DNA of 64,000 nt from Centroscyllium fabricii (taxonomy: Eukaryota), in contig JBNRSN020000030.1 in NCBI GenBank assembly GCA_051313645.2, forward strand, positions 33,170,001 to 33,234,000. Reading direction: 5' to 3'. Made by a program: the position numbers and the translations under genes. Shown here one piece after another: positions 12,101-24,382 of the stretch. Under the pieces are notes generated by a model. That model was given only the letters and a program-made list of their open reading frames with translations, was not told the DNA's origin and made no database searches. Numbering within the stretch: the first letter of the stretch is position 1; the number at the start of each line of letters is the position of its first letter.

Positions 12101-15100
12101 CAGTACAAATATTTACAGTGTTAGGCTCCTCACTACGAGAGACACACACTGTATACAGGACACATATTTACAGGGTCCGACTCCTCACTGCGAGAGACAC
12201 ACACTGTATAAAGTGCCAATTTTTACAGAGTCTGACTCTTCACTGCGAGAGAGACTCACTCTGTACAGGGCCAATTTCTACAGAGTCTGACTCCTCACTG
12301 AGAGAGACACACACTCTGTACCGGGACACATATTTCCAGAGTCTAACTCCTCACTGCGAGAGACACACACTGTCTACAGCACACATATTTCCAGAGTCTG
12401 CATCCACACTGCGAGAGACACACACTGTGTACAGGACAAGTATTTACAGAGCCGGACTCAACACTGCCAGAGACACACACTGTCTACAGAGTCACATATT
12501 TACAGAATCCGACTGCACACTGCGAGAGACACAGACTGCATACAGGGACACATATTTACAGATTACGACTGCACACTGCGAGAGAAACACACTGTATACA
12601 GGGACAAATATTTACAGATTCCGAGGGCACACTGCGAAAGAGACACACTGTATAAAGGACAAACATTTACAGCGTCTGACTCCTCACTGAGAGAGACATA
12701 CACTGTATAGAGGGACACATATTTAAAGAATCTGACTCCTCACTGCGAGAGACACACACTGTATACACGGCCAAGTGTTATAGCGTCCGACTCCTCACTG
12801 CGAGGGACACACAATGTACACAGCGTCACATATTTACAGATTCCGATTACACACTGCGAGAGATACACACTGAATACAGGGACAACTATTTAGAGATTCC
12901 GAATGCACACTGCGAGAGACACACATTGTATACAGGGAAACATATTTACAGATTCCGTCTGCACACTGCGAGAGACACACACTGTATACACTGACAAATA
13001 ATTACAGATTCCGTCTGCACATTGCGAGAGACACACACTGAATACAGAGACAAATATTTGCAGATTACGACTGCCCACTGCGAGAGACACACACTGTATA
13101 CAGGGCGAAGTGTTACAGAGTCCAACTCCTCACAGCGAGAGACACACACGGTGTACATGGCCAACTGTTACAGAGTCCGACTCCTCACTGCGAGAGACAC
13201 ACAGCGTACACAGGGCGAAGTGTTACAGAGTCCGACTCCACACTGCGAGAGTAGCACACTGTAAACAGGGACACATATTTACAGAGTCTGACTCCTCACG
13301 GCGAGAGACACAAACTGTATATTGGGCAAATTCTTACAGAGTCCGATTTCTCACTGCCAGAGACACACACTGTATACAGGGATACATAATTACAGAGTCT
13401 GACTCAACACTGCGATAGACACACACTGTGCACAGGGACACATATTTACTGAGTCTGACTCCACACTGCGAGAGACACAAATTTTGTACATGACAAATAT
13501 TTAAATGATCTGACTCCTCACTGCGAGAGAAACACATTGTATACAGGGCGAAGTGTTACAGAGTCCGACTCTTCACTGAGAGAAACACACACTGTGTACA
13601 GGGACACATATTTACAGAGTCTGAATCCTCACTGTGAGAGATACACACTGTATACAGGGCCAATTGTTACAGAGTCCGAGTTCGCACTGCGAGAGACACA
13701 CACTGCGTACAGGGACACATATTTACAGAGTCTGACTCCTCACTGCGAGAGACACACACTGTATACAGGGCCAATTGTTACAGAGTCCGACTCCTCATTG
13801 CGAGAGACACACACTGCGTGCACGACAAATATTTACAGAGTACGACTCCTCACTGCGAGAGACACACACTGTATACAGTGACACATATTTAAAGAAACTG
13901 ACTCCTCACTGCGAGAGACAAACACGGTATACACGGCCAACTGTTACAGCGTCCGACACCTCACTACGAGCGGTACTCACTGTATACAGGGCCAAATGTT
14001 ACCGAGACCGACTCCGCACTGCGAGAGACACACACTTTACACAGGGACAAATATTTACAGATTCCGACTCCTCTCTGCGAGAGACACACACTGTATACAG
14101 GGCGAAGTGTTACAGAGTCCGACTCCGCACAGCAGGAGACACACACTTTATACAGGGCCATGTGTTACAGAGTGCGTCTCCTCACTGCGAGAGACACATA
14201 CTGTACACAGGGCCAAATGTTACAGAGTCTTACTACCCACTGCGAGAGACATACACTTTATACAGGACAATTATTTACAGAGTCTGACGCCTTGCTGCGA
14301 GAGACAGGCAATGTGTACAGGGACACATATTCAGAGTGCCTGACGCCTCGCTGCGAACGATACATAATGTATACAGGGGCAGCATTTACAGCGTCCTACT
14401 CCTCACTGCGAGGCACACACACTGTATACAGGACAAATATTTACAGAGTCCGACTCCTCGCTGCGAGAGACACATACTGTATACAGGGGCAGAAGTTTCA
14501 GAGTCCGACTCCTCACTGCGAGAGACACACTGCATACAGGGTCACATATTTACAGATTCCGACTACACACTGCGAGAGATACACACTGTATTCAGGGACA
14601 ACTATGTACAGATTCCGAATGTCCACTGCGAGAGACACACACTGTATACAGGGACAAATATTTAGAGATTCCGACTGCACACTGCGAGAGACACACACTG
14701 TATACAGGGCGAAGTGTTACAGAATCCGTCTCCTCACTGCGTGAGACACACACTCTGTACATGGCCATGTGTTACAGAGTCCGACTCCTCACTGCCACAG
14801 ACACACACCGTATACAGGGCGAAGTGTTACAGTGTCCGACTCCTCAGAGCGAGAGACACATACTGTATACAGGGCGAAGTGTTCCAGTGTCCGACTCCTC
14901 ACTGCGAGAGACACACACTGTGTACAGGGACACATATTTACAGAGTCTGACTCCTCACTGCGAGAGACACAAACTGTATATTGGGCAAATTGTTACAGAG
15001 TTCGACTTCTGACTGCGAGAGACACACACTGTATAAAGGGATACATATTTACTGAGACTGACTCCTCACTGCGAGAGGCACACACTGTATACACGGCCAA

Positions 15101-18100
15101 GTGTTAAATCGTCCGACTCCTCACTGCGAAGCACACACACTGTATATGCTCAAAATTTACAGAGTCTGACTCCACACTGCGAGAGACACACACTGTACAC
15201 AGAACAAATATTTACAGAGTCTGATCAACACTGCGAGAGACACACACTGTATACAGAGACACATATTTAAAGAATCTGACTCCTGACTGCGAGGGACACA
15301 CACTGTATACAGGTCGAAGTGTTACTGAGTCAGACTCCACACTCCGAGAGGTACACACTGAATACAGTGACAACTATTTACAGATTCCGAATGCACACTG
15401 CGAGATGTACACAATGTATACAGGGAAACATATTTACAGATTCTGACAGCAAACTGCGAGATACAAACACTGAATACACTGACAAATATTTACAGATTCC
15501 GTCTGCACACTGCGAAAGACACACACTGTAAACAGCGACACATATTTACAGATTCTGACTGCACACTGCGAGAGACACACACTGTATAAAGGGCCAAGTG
15601 TTACAGCGTCCGACTCCTCACAGCGAGAGACACACACTTTGTACATTGACAACTGTAACAGAGTCCGACTCCTCACTGCGAGAGGCACACACCGTATACA
15701 GGGCGAAGTGTTACAGTGACCGACTCCTCAGAGCGAGAGACACACACTGTATACAGGGCCATGTGTTACAGAGTCCGACTCCACACTGCGAGAGACACAC
15801 ACTCTGTACAGGGACACATATTGACAGAGTCTGACTCCTCAAGCGAGAGAGATACACTGTATACAGGACAAATTGTTACAGAGTCCGACTTCTCACAGCG
15901 AGCGACACACACTGTATACAGGATTCACATTTACAGAGTATGACTCCTCACTGCGAGAGGCACACACTGTATACACGGCCAAGAGTTACAGCGTCCGACT
16001 CCTCACTGCGAGGCACACTCACTGTATAAAGCTCAAAATTTACAGAGTCTGACTCCACACTGCGAGAGACACACACTGTACACAGAACAAATATTTAGTG
16101 TCTGACTCAACACTGCGAGAGACACACATTGTATACAGAGACACATATTTAAAGAATCTGACTCCTCACTGCGAGAGACACACACTGTATACACGGCCAA
16201 GTGTTACAGCGTCCGACTCCTCACTGCGAGGGACACTCACTGGACACAGGGTCACATGTTTACAGATTCCGACTATACACTTCGAGAGGTACACACTGTA
16301 TACAGTGACAACTATTTACAGATTCCGAATGCACACTGCGAGATGTATACAATGTATACAGGGAAACATATTTACAGATTCCGACTGCACACTGCGAGAT
16401 ACAAACACAGAATACACTGACAAATATTTACAGATGCCGTCTGCACACTGCGAAAGACACACACTGTATACAGGGACAAATATTTACAGATTACGACAGC
16501 ATACTGCGAGAGACACACACTGTATACAGGGATAAATATTTACAGATTCCGACTGCACACTGCGTGAGACAAACACTGTATACAGGGCGAAGTGTTACTG
16601 TGTCCGACTCCTCACAGCGAGAGACACACACTTTGTACAGGGACAACTGGGACAGAGTCCGACTCCTCACTGCGAGAGACACACACCGTATACAGGGCGA
16701 ATTGTTACAGTGTCCGACTCCTCAGAGCGAGAGACACACACTGTATATAGTGCCTTGTGTTACAGAGTCCGACTCCACACTGCGAGAGACACACACTGTG
16801 TACAGGGACACATATTTACAGTGTCTGACTCCTCAAGCGAGAGAGACACACTGTATACAGGACTGATATTTACAGAGTCTGACACCACACTTCGAATGAC
16901 ACACACTGCGTAAAGGGCAAATATTTACAGAGTACGACTCCTCACTGCGAGAGACACACACTTTACACAGGGCCAAATGTTACAGAGTCCGACTCCTCAC
17001 TGCGAGCGGTGCACACCGTATACAGGGCCAAATGTTACGGAGGCCGACTCCACACTGCGAGAGACACACACTGTACACAGGGACAAATATTTACTGAGTC
17101 TGACTCCTCACTGCGAGAGACACACACTGTACAGAGGGCCAAATGTTACAGAGTCCGACTCCTCACTGCGAGAGACACACACTGTATACACGGCCAAGTG
17201 TTGCAGCGTCCGACTCCTCACTGCGAGAGACACACACTGTACACAGGGACAAATATTTACTGAGTCTGACTCCTCACTCCGAGAGACACATACTGTATAC
17301 AGGGCCAAATGTTACGGAGTCCGACTCCGCACTGCGAGAGGCACACACTGTACACAGGGACAAATATTTACAGATTCCGACTCCTCACTGCGAGAGACAC
17401 ACACTACATACAGGGCGAAGTGTTAGAGTCCGACTCCTCACTGCGAGAGACTCACACTGTACACAGGGCCAAATTTTACAGAGTCCGACTACTCACGGCG
17501 AGAGACACACACTTTATGCAGGACAAATATTTACAGAGTCTGACGCCTTGGTGCGAGAGTCACGCAATGTGTACAGGGACACATATTCAGAGTGCCTGAC
17601 ACCTCGCTGCGAGAGACACACACTGTGTACAGGGGCAGAAGTTACAGAGTCCGACTACTCACTGAGAGAGACACACACTGTATACACGCCCGACTCCTCA
17701 TTGCGAGGGACACACACTGTGCACAGGGTCACATATTTACAGATTCCGTCTGCACACTGCGAGAGACACACAATGTATACACTGACAAATATTTACAGAT
17801 TCCGTCTGCACACTGCGAGAGACACACACTGTATACAGGGCGAAGTGTTACAGGGTCCGACTCCTCACAGCGGGAGGCACACACTGTGTACATGGCCAAC
17901 TGTTAGACTCCGATTCCTAACTGCGAGGTACACACACCGTACACAGGGCGAAGTGTTACAGTGTCCGACTCATCATTGCGAGAGCCACACACTGTATACA
18001 GGGCCATGTGTTACAGAGTCCGACTCCTCACTGCGAGAGACACACACTGTTTACAGGGACACAAAGTTACTGAGTCTGACTCCTCACTGCGAGAGACACA

Positions 18101-18860
18101 CACTGTTTACAGGGACACGTAGTTCCAGAGTCTGACTCCACACTGCGAGAGACACTCAAACTGACTCCTCACTGCGAGAGACACACACTGGATACATGGC
18201 GAAGTGTTACAGCGTCCGAATCCTCACTGCGAGCGGTACACGCTGTATACAGGGCCACATTTTACGGAGTCCGACTCCACACTGCGAGAGACACACACTG
18301 TACACAGGGACAAATAGTTACAGATTCCGACTCCTCACTGCGAGAGCCACACACTGTACAAAGGGCCAAATGTTACAGAGTCCGACTCCTCACTGCGAGA
18401 GATACACACTTTATGCAGGACAAATATTTACAGATTCTGACGCCTTGCTGCGAGACACAGGCAATGTGTACAGGGACACATATTCAGAGTGCCTGGCCCC
18501 TCGCTGCGAGAGACATATACTGTATACAGGGCAGAAGTTACGGAGTCCGACTCATCACTGCGAGAAACACACACTGTATACAGGACACATATTTACCGAG
18601 TCTGGCTCTTCACTGCGAGAGACACACACTCTGTACAGGGAGAGATTTTTACAGAGACCGACTCCTCACTGCGAGAGAAACACACTGTACAGAGGGACAA
18701 ATATTTACAGAGTCCGAATCGTCACTGAGAGAGACACACACTGGATACAGGGCCAGGTGTTACTGAGTCCGACTCCTCACTGCGAGAGGCACACACTGTT
18801 CACAGGGATACATATTTACAGAGTCTGACTCCTCCCTGCGGGAGACACAAACTGTGTACA

Positions 18861-19241
18861 GGGTGGCACGGTGGCACAGTGGTTAGCATTGGTGTCTCAC
18901 AGCACTGGAGACCCGGGTTCAAATCCGGCCTCGGGTACTATCTGTGTGGAGTTTGCACATTCTCCCCGTGTCTGCGTGGGTTTCCTCCGGGTGCTCCGGT
19001 TTCCTCCCACAGTCCAAAGATGTGCGGTTTAGGTTGATTGGCCATGATAAATTGACCCTTAGTGTTAGGAGGATTGAATATATGGGGATAGGGTTGGATA
19101 TGTGTCGATGCAGGCTCGATAGGGATTTGGGGTGAGGGCAGGGGCGGGATACTGGGTTTGGATGATCAGCCATGATCTCATTGAATGTCGGAGCAGGCTC
19201 GAAGGGCCGAATGGCCTACTCCGGCTCCTACCTTCTATGTC
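18861..19241 (+). mobile_element. HE1-type V-SINE inserted in the satellite
   Basis: A box 18872-18882, B box 18916-18926, V-domain and HER1 tail. TACAG is repeated on both sides. Confidence 0.92.
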
Positions 19242-19969
19242 TACAGTGACACATATTCACGGACTCTGACTCCACACTGCGAGAGACACACACTGTACAC
19301 AGGGACACATATTTACTGATTCCGACTGCACACTGCGAGACATATTCAGAGTGTCTGACTCCTCACTGCGAGAGACACAAACTGTATACAGGACAAATAT
19401 TTGCAGGGTCTGACTCCTCACTGCGAGAGACACACACTGTATACAGGACACATATTTACAGAGTCTGACTCTTCATTGCGAGAGACGCACACTCTGTACA
19501 GAGGGACAAATATTTACAGTTTGCGAATTTTCACTGCGAGAGACATACATTTAAGGTAGACACAACGTTATATTCGGTGTACATGGCTTGCTCTAATTGT
19601 ACAGGGCATTCTTGAGACTAAATCTCGCGTATTTTTTTCCGTTTTTGTCTCCTCCCTTCCTTAAATAACTCACAATAACTTCAGAAATATTAACACTCAG
19701 ATAGAGTCACACAGGCTACCGCACTCACTGAGCCAGTTTCTCCGTACTATTCATTTTGTAGGTCTGACAGTATCAATATAGTACATCCACAGACCCTTGG
19801 CTGATAGTAACAATGACAAGGCGATAACTCCCTTTCAGATATGAAACCAGTCCCCATCTAAAAATAGATTGAATCATACAACACGCTGCAGAAATTAACA
19901 CGATGTGAGAGGCATTATTTTTGCAACAATTATTTCCCACTAGACCCCAATAAATATCTTAGCCACACA

Positions 19970-20290
19970 ATAAATAGGAGCAGGTGTCGGCCAAATAGCC
20001 AATCGAGCCTGTCTGCCACTCAATAAATTCATGCCTGATCATCGATCTCAAGTCTACTTTACGGAGCGATCCCACATGGCTTCATTCCACTAGAGACCAA
20101 CACTATCAGTATCTCAGCCTTGGATATATTCAAGGACTCAACTTCCACAGTCCCTTGGTAATGAATGTGAAAGATTCACAACTATTTGAGAGAAGCAACT
20201 CTCCTCATCTCAGTTGTAAATGGCCGAACATTTATGCTGAGACCATGACTCACTTCGAGATCCTCCAGCCAGTGGAAATAATCTGTGAGC
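19970..20290 (-). mobile_element. HER1-type LINE 3' fragment, decayed
   Basis: ATAGGAGCAGGTGTCGGCC...CGAGCCTG is the reverse complement of the HER1 tail. Confidence 0.65.
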
Positions 20291-20309
20291 ATAATGATTT
20301 AAATTCGGT

Positions 20310-20440
20310 TATGCGACGTGGGCGTCGCTGGCAATGCCAGCATTTATTGCCCATCCCGAGCTGGCCTGGAGAAGTTGGTGGTGAGCCACCTACTTGAACC
20401 GCTGCAGTTTGTGTGTGGACGTTACTCCCACTGTGCCTTT
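20310..20440 (-). mobile_element. 3' fragment of the tRNA SINE family also at 21942-22416
   Basis: GTGGGCGTCGCTGG...TTTATTGCCCATCCC...GAGAAGTTGGTGGTGAGCC matches 21960-22060. Confidence 0.7.
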
Positions 20441-20448
20441 ATGTATAA

Positions 20449-20906
20449 AGTCATAGATTGACACAGCACAGAAAGAGGCGCTTTGTCCCATCGTGTCCGC
20501 GCTGGCCATCAGGCCTTATTTATTCGAATCCCATTTACTGGCACTGGGTCCGTAGCATTCTATGCATTGGCGTTTCAAGTTCGCATTTTTATGTTTTTTG
20601 GATGTTGTGAGGGTTCCTACGTCTACCACTATTTCAGGCATGTGTTCCAGATTCCAACTACCATCTTGGTGACAAATACTTTCCTCAAATCCCCTCTAAA
20701 TCTCAGGCCTTTACAGTGAACCTTGTTATTGACCCCTCTACTAAGGGAAATAGTTCCTTTCTATGTACCCTATCTATGCCCCTCGTGATTTTGTACAACT
20801 CAATCAGGTCCCCCTTCAGCCTTCTCAGATCAAGAAAAATAACCCCAGTCCGTCCAGTCTCTCATCATAGCTGAAGTGTTCCAGCCCAGATAACGGCCTG
20901 GTGAAT
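20449..20906 (-). mobile_element. CR1 LINE 3' part; host element that resumes at 28211
   Basis: Reverse-complemented CR1 tail through GCCTGGTGAAT. The expected continuation, CTCCTCTGC, is found at 28216. Confidence 0.85.
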
Positions 20907-23885
20907 AATAGGGTAATAATATTGGTGTATTTGAACTTTCCCAATATTGACTGGGATAGTCAGAGTTTGAAGGTCTTGGAGGTGCAGAATTCTTAAAGCG
21001 TATCGAGGAGAAGGTTTTGAGCCAGTATGTAGAGGGTCCTACAAGAGAGGGGGCGGTACTGGTCCTGATTCTAGGGAATGTGGCCAGGCAAGTGGAGGAA
21101 GTGTTAGTAGGGGAGCACTTTGGCTTTAATGACGATAATTCGGTGAGATTTAAGGTAGTCATGGAAAAGGAAAATGTGGACCGGAAATAAAAGTTCTAAA
21201 TTAGGGGAAGGCCGATCTTAATATGATAAGGTAGGATCTGGACAATGTGGACTGGGATCATCTACTTGAAGGAAAATCCACATCGGAACAGTGGGAGACT
21301 TTCAGAAAGGAAATGGAGAAAGTACAAGGGAAACATGTTCCCATAAAGGTCAAGGGAGGGACCAAACCGCTGAGGGAAAATTCGATGTCAAGCGATATAC
21401 GAGAATCGATTAGGAAACACCGGTTTTTTTGGCAGATACAAAGAGCTGAAGTCAGAGGAAGCCCTAGATGAGTACAAAAAGTGCAGGGGGGTACTTTAAA
21501 AAGAAATTAGGAGAGCGAAGAGAGGCCATGAAATTACAATGGCGAGCAAAATAAAGGATAATCCTACAATTTTTTTTAAAGTCTATTAAGGTTAAGAGAA
21601 TAACAAGGGAAAGTGAAGGGCCCATTAGGGACCAAAGTTGCAATCTGTGTGTAGAGCCAGAAGATGTAGGTGGGGTTCTATTTGATGTTTTTACATCTGT
21701 GCTCACTACGGAGAAGGGCAACGTAGACTTAGAAATGAGGCAGGGGGACTGTGACACACTTGAACACATTATCATCAAGAGGGCGGAGGTACCAGCGGTT
21801 TTAGCAGGATTAAAGGTGCATAAATCCCCAGGACCGAATGAAATATATCACAGGCTGCTGTGCGAGGCAAATGACGAGCTTGCAGGGGCTCTGACCCTCA
21901 TTTTCAGATCCTCTCTGGCCACAGAGTATTTGCCAGAGGACTTTTTTTCCTTCATCGCTGGGATGTGGGCGTTGCTGGCTCGCTCGGACTGCATTTTAGT
22001 GCCCATGCCTATTTGCCCTTGAGAAGATGGTGGTGAGCCGCCTTCTTGAACGGCTGCAGTCTTATTGTTTTTCGTAGCGGTTGTTTACAACTGAGTGGCT
22101 TGCTAGGCCATTTCAGAAGGCATTTCGAGTCAACCACATTGCTGTGGGTCTGGAGTCACATGTAGGCCAGACCAGATAAGGACGGCAGATTTCCTTCCCT
22201 AAAGGACATTAGTGAACCACATGGGTTTTTGTAAAAATCGACAATGGTATCATGGCCGCCATTACTAAGACTAACATTTAATTCCAGAATTAAATTGAAT
22301 TGAATGTAAATTCCACCAGCTGCCAAGGTGCGATTTGAACCCATATCCTCAGAGCATTTGATTGAGCCTCTGGCTTACTAGTTTAGGGACATAAACACTA
22401 TGCCACCGCTTCCCCCTAACAGCTAACAATGGAGAACAGCTAATGTGGTTCCATTGTTGAAGAAGTGTAGTAGGGATAAAGCAGGGATTTCCAGGCCAGT
22501 GTCCCTAATATCAGTGGTAGGGAAGTTATTGGAAAAATTCTGAGGGATAGAAATAGTGTTCAATTGGAGCGGCAAGCATTAATCAAGGATAGTCAGCTTG
22601 GCTTTCTCAAGGGAAGATCATGTCTGATCAACTTCATTGGATTTTTAGAGGGGATGACTGGGCGTGTGGAAGAGGGTAGTGCACAGGATGTGGTATAATT
22701 GGATTTCAGTAAGGCTTTTGATAAAGACCCGCATAGGAGTCTGGTCAAGAAGGTAAGTTTCCATGGGATCCAGGGCACCTTTGCACAGTGGATTCAAAAC
22801 TGGCTTAGTGGCAGAAGGCAGAGTGTGATGGTCGAAGCTTGTTTTTGTGAATGGAAGCCTGTGTCCAGCTGTGGAACGCAGTGATCGGGTCTGGGTCCCT
22901 TGCTGTTTGTATTCTATATTAATGATTTGGATATGAATTTAAAGGGTATGATCAATAAGTTCGCTGATGACACGAAAATTGGTGGTGTGGTGGATAGCGA
23001 GGAGGGAGGCCTCAGTCTGCAGGACGATACAGATGGATTGGTCAGATGGGTGGAGCAGTGGCAAATGTAATTTAACACCGAAAAGTGTGAGGTGACGTAT
23101 TTTGGAAGGACTAACACGGCAAGGGAATACACAATGAATGGGAAGACCCTCGGAAAGACAGAGGATCACAGGGTCCTTTGTGTGCATGTATATTGGTCTC
23201 TAAAGGCAGTAGGACAGGTAGAAAAGCTGATTAAAAAGGCATACAGGATATTTTCCTTCATTAGCAGAGGCATAGAATATAACAGGAAGGAGGTTATGAT
23301 GGAGCTGTACAAAACGCTGATAAGGCCACAGCTGGAGTATTGTGTGCAGGTCTGGTCGCCACACTACAGGAAGGATGTGATTGCCTTGGAGAGGTTTCAG
23401 AGGAGATTCACCAGGATCTTACCTGCGCTGGGGCATTTCAGCTATGAATGGAGATTGGACAGGCTGGGGTTGTTTTCCTTAGAGCATAGAAGGCTGAGGG
23501 TGGACCTGATTGAGCTGTACAAAATTATGAGGGGCATAGATAAGATAAATAGAAATGAACTTTTTCCCTTGGTAGAGGGGTCAATAACAAGGCGACATAG
23601 TTACAAGGTAAGCGGCAGGAGGTTTAGAAGGGATTCGAGGAAGAACTTTTTCACCCAGAAGGTGGCTGCAATCTGGAACTCACTGCCTGAAAGGGTGGTA
23701 GAGGCAGGAACCCTCACAACATTCAAGAAGCATTTGGATGAGCATTTGAAGTGCCAAAGCTTGCAAGGCGACGGAGCAAATGCAGGAAAATGCGATTAGT
23801 GTAGACAGGGCTCGATGGACGGCAGAGACGTGATGGTCCGATGGGCCTCTTCCTTTGCTGTAAAATTCCATGACTCTTCGACTCG
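20907..23885 (+). mobile_element. 5'-truncated CR1 LINE ORF2 (APE endonuclease end plus RT), disabled
   Basis: Translated motifs NFPNIDW, KSPGP, DFSKAFDK, KFADDTKIGG and RPQLEYCVQVWSPHY (ORF 23092-23799), with an ATGACTCT-type tail. Several stops and frameshifts. Confidence 0.92.
21942..22416 (-). mobile_element. tRNA-derived SINE, MER131-like (family name from recall)
   Basis: The minus strand has an A box (GGTGGCATAGTG), a B box (GGTTCAAATCG), a central GGTTCACTAATGTCCTTTAGGGAAGGAAATCTGCCGTCC domain and an A-rich tail. It interrupts the CR1 at CCAGAGGAC|TGGAGAACAGC. Confidence 0.75.
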
Positions 23886-24382
23886 ATTGTCAAAAATTTA
23901 GTGAGCGCACGGATCCGGCACTAAATTTGGTGAAGGGCTAACATTTAGCAGCGGCTCTAAGTTAGCGGCGACACGGTCGATATTGCCGCTAGCAGTGGTC
24001 TTGCAGATTTTTGCGCTAATTCACGCCTTGCACGGCTTTCAGGCGGCCAATATGCTGCCGCTAATGGCGGTTTCCGGGCGCCGCGCTCACTCACTAACTG
24101 TTTGCTTCCCCATGGCATCGGCAGCCGATCAGGCTTTAAAGTTGAAGCTGAACAGCAGCTGTTCTACGCGCTCTCTGTTCAGTTACCGCTGTGGGGTTGC
24201 CCGATCCCCGCTCGTGGGTCCGCGACCCACCGAGCGGCTACTGATCAGAGAGCCGGCACCTCAGCCCCGCTCTCTCATCAATTGGCCACTCAGGCCGACT
24301 CCCCCCATCAGCTGGCCGTGCTCGGACCAAAGAGGAAGGGTAACAGTATTAACAGCGCTGCAGCAGACACTCAAGCACGCTG
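23886..24382. mobile_element. Left part of a GC/CpG-rich MITE-like element
   Basis: Many TTAGCG/CGCTAA motifs with the same composition as 27961-28200. It sits inside the CR1 (ATGACTCT)n tail. Confidence 0.55.

Larger units (their letters stand above)
4290..19550 (+). repeat. Interstitial satellite array, 55/56-bp monomer, roughly 260 copies, with higher-order repeats
   Basis: The consensus ACAGAGTC(C/T)GACTCCTCACTGCGAGAGACACACACTGTATACAGG(G)ACAAATATTT repeats head-to-tail, interrupted only by two SINEs. Copy number is estimated from array length. Confidence 0.97.

Noticed and set aside
14624-14645. TGCGAGAGACAC resembles the 3' end of an IGHV segment (C-A-R then heptamer)
   Set aside because: No YYC or FR3 similarity upstream. 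A short GA/CA-rich match is not enough to call a V-gene remnant.
18861-18935. tRNA-like A/B boxes here and in the other SINE heads
   Set aside because: They are SINE heads continuing into V-domain and LINE tail, not tRNA genes.
4346-19451. Dozens of overlapping ORFs in the satellite, up to 330 aa (17143-18135)
   Set aside because: The CCGAC monomer variant has no stop codon in any plus-strand frame, so long ORFs are expected. The peptides simply cycle through three frames of the repeat.
4290-19550. CRISPR-like regularly spaced repeats
   Set aside because: The monomers are contiguous with no unique spacers, there are no cas genes, and the context is eukaryotic.
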